From Paraspadella gotoi (Eukaryota > Animalia > Chaetognatha): a stretch of 9,908 bases of DNA. The notes below the pieces were generated by a model. It searched no databases, was not told the DNA's origin, and saw only the letters and a list, made by a program, of their open reading frames with translations. Both the position numbers and the translations under genes were made by a program. Each line of letters opens with the position of its first letter. Position 1 is the stretch's first letter. The DNA lies in the NCBI GenBank assembly GCA_051294375.1, contig JBJCIZ010001102.1:1-9908 (forward strand), read 5' to 3'. This document shows positions 8,130-9,908 of this stretch, piece after piece.

Positions 8130-8745
8130 CTCCGTTTGGGATAGATAGGGCAGCAAAAGCCCACTGCCAACGACGGAATCGGTTTCTCGGTTAAGCGTTT
8201 CATGGAGGGACAATATCGCCTTCTTTGAACGAGGGGAATGTGGGCTAACTGGCACATGCATAAAGGGTGTAGCCTCAACCTTAGCCCACTTACGTGACAA
8301 ACAAAACATGTTTTTAAAGGCACTTACCCATCAAAATTTAAGAGGATTCTGTTATCGATTACACCATACACATAGATAGGCAAACAGTCCGCGACAACGT
8401 AGTGTGGTCAAACCGGCGCCATAGATATTGATAACAGGAACCTATGACAAAAACGGACGCATCAGTACATTATTCAAAATCATCAAACATGCCAGACGAG
8501 AACAAATCCATGCTACTGAGGCAAAATCTTTTCTTAAGATACAAGATTTCCTGAAAAACATCAACAAATTTACGATACCGGGATATCCAGGACTTCAAAA
8601 GATACCTGGAAAAATACAAGCATGGATCAACTATTTACTCAAGCATTCAAAAAAGTCATCGGAAATTTGCGTCACTGGACCTGGTTTGCCCGACGTCACC
8701 CCAACTTGTTACCGCGACACGCTTCTCATTTGCCGATATTGGTAA
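8130..8745 (+). pseudogene. Degenerate Penelope-like retroelement ORF remnant (RT-EN linker + GIY-YIG endonuclease)
   Basis: Ordered motifs across frames match the PLE consensus as I recall it: TCIKGVASTLAHLRDKQNMFLKALTHQNLRGF (8254-8349; cf. PYIKGVSExIxRxLxKxNIxVxFxPxxTLR), DNVV, GQTG (8406-8417; cf. YIGQTG), NKSMLLRQ...YKIS* (8501-8554; cf. KSALAEH...HxFxW), KIQAW (cf. EAWxI) and CYRDTLLICRYW (cf. NRD...W). A weaker GTLRLG..KPT near 8124-8166 resembles YRKPT. There are several frameshifts and stops. Confidence 0.55.
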
Positions 8746-9140
8746 TCTCGCGGATCACCGTAGTATCTTTGCTGGGCTTGCGCCTTAAGTACATCTCGAC
8801 ATAAGATCGCAAAAAGAAAGAGGGAAATGACAAGTTTTCAGACGTCCTCGAGACTCCCCTTGGGCGATGAGACTTTTCAACTTCACATGGACCTGCGGTC
8901 AACTGAACGCCTGCCCGCCGGCTCACGGAGGAAAGGGGGGGGTCACAATCGCAGGAGTATCAAGCCAAACCAAAATCGATATCGGATCAAGCGAAATGGA
9001 ATCGCGCGAATCCTGATTGGTCAAGCAACGAACGGAAAATCGACCATCAGCTTGGGCAGAATCATTGAATTGTAAATTTTACCCACGTTGCCGATGCCTG
9101 CTATCCAAGATATAAATTTAGACGTTAGTTAGCTGTTCTC

Positions 9141-9908
9141 GTTTCAAGAAGAATTGATGCAAGGACTACTTGCGCGCGTCTCACAAACCGATCAAACCTT
9201 TATTCTCAGAATAAAACCTCTTCTTTGATTTCCGTGGTCATAGAAATCCATTGAGTTTTTTTTCCTTAAAATGGAGATAATAATATTAATAATAAAATTA
9301 TAAATTCGTAGATATTAATAAATAATTTATTCGCGAATTCCATAAATTTTCCAGTCAAATGCCGAACCTTTTTTGGAAGAACGTTTAAGTAATCTCAATA
9401 ACCCAGAGTGTTCAAACTTAATAAGTTGTTTGTTTAATTACGTGGCTTTGCTAATTATTTTGGTTTAATTGTACTAAAAAAGCTTTATAAAAAAAATTCA
9501 AAAGTATCATAACTTTATAAGATTATTGTAGGGTTTTTCCAAGTGAAAATTCAAAGTAAGCAGATCGCTTTATTATCACTTAACCACACTGTTAAACATT
9601 TAAACAAACATGCAACATTGTCAGCTTTTGGAAAGGCTTTAAGTTAGCATATCGCGGATTAGAATTCTGACGGATCCACTAATTTTCAAGTTTTGGAAGT
9701 TCAAATAGTTCAGGCGAAAACGACGACGAATACAACGACAAAGGTGACAACGAAGTCTTTCTACTTTATGACCCATAGGGGTCAGCAAGAATGACCATTC
9801 ACCGCAAAGTTGGTTATCCGTTTCTTCTGTGCACCCTCAGCAGCAATTGAACAATGAACACGTCCTGGACTTGCCACTAGGTTTGGGGTTTTCCAAGCCC
9901 CCAAGGCG
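9141..9908 (+). repeat. Segment B, copy 3 (right arm of large inverted repeat; runs off window)
   Basis: Reverse complement of 7191-8050, and from ~9280 a direct repeat of 3235-3924. Confidence 0.92.

Noticed and set aside
8575-8672. GYPGLQK...SEIC resemblance to an LTR integrase zinc-finger region
   Set aside because: The HHCC residues are missing, and the ordered PLE GIY-YIG motifs explain the region better.
9155-9195. Possible decayed HHR (ttgatgcaaggac...gtctcacaaac) at the inner end of the inverted repeat
   Set aside because: Both core boxes are broken and the other arm does not restore them; the position is suggestive only.

Overview
AT-rich, repeat-dense eukaryotic genomic DNA (probably insect; inferred from composition and repeat types only), with no intact recognisable gene. 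The scaffold has two 25-N gaps, and its duplicated segments differ mostly by single-base indels, which suggests noisy long-read gap filling. The main signal looks like Penelope-like retroelement (PLE) material. (1) A ~570-bp cluster at 5858-6422 holds minimal type I hammerhead ribozyme (HHR) motifs (CUGAUGA...GAAA...GUH); two of its three units are folded into adjacent long palindromes, and the first two units flank an (AG)n tract. (2) A frameshifted PLE linker/GIY-YIG endonuclease remnant at ~8130-8745 sits between ~0.75-0.85-kb inverted repeats (7191-8050 and 9141-9908), with a third, direct copy of the repeat at 3235-3924. The window also has a fragmented unknown coding segment in three pieces (1238-1619, 6704-6918 inverted, 6944-7165), a probable non-autonomous Helitron, MITE-like fragments and microsatellites. 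All alignments and folds were done by eye.
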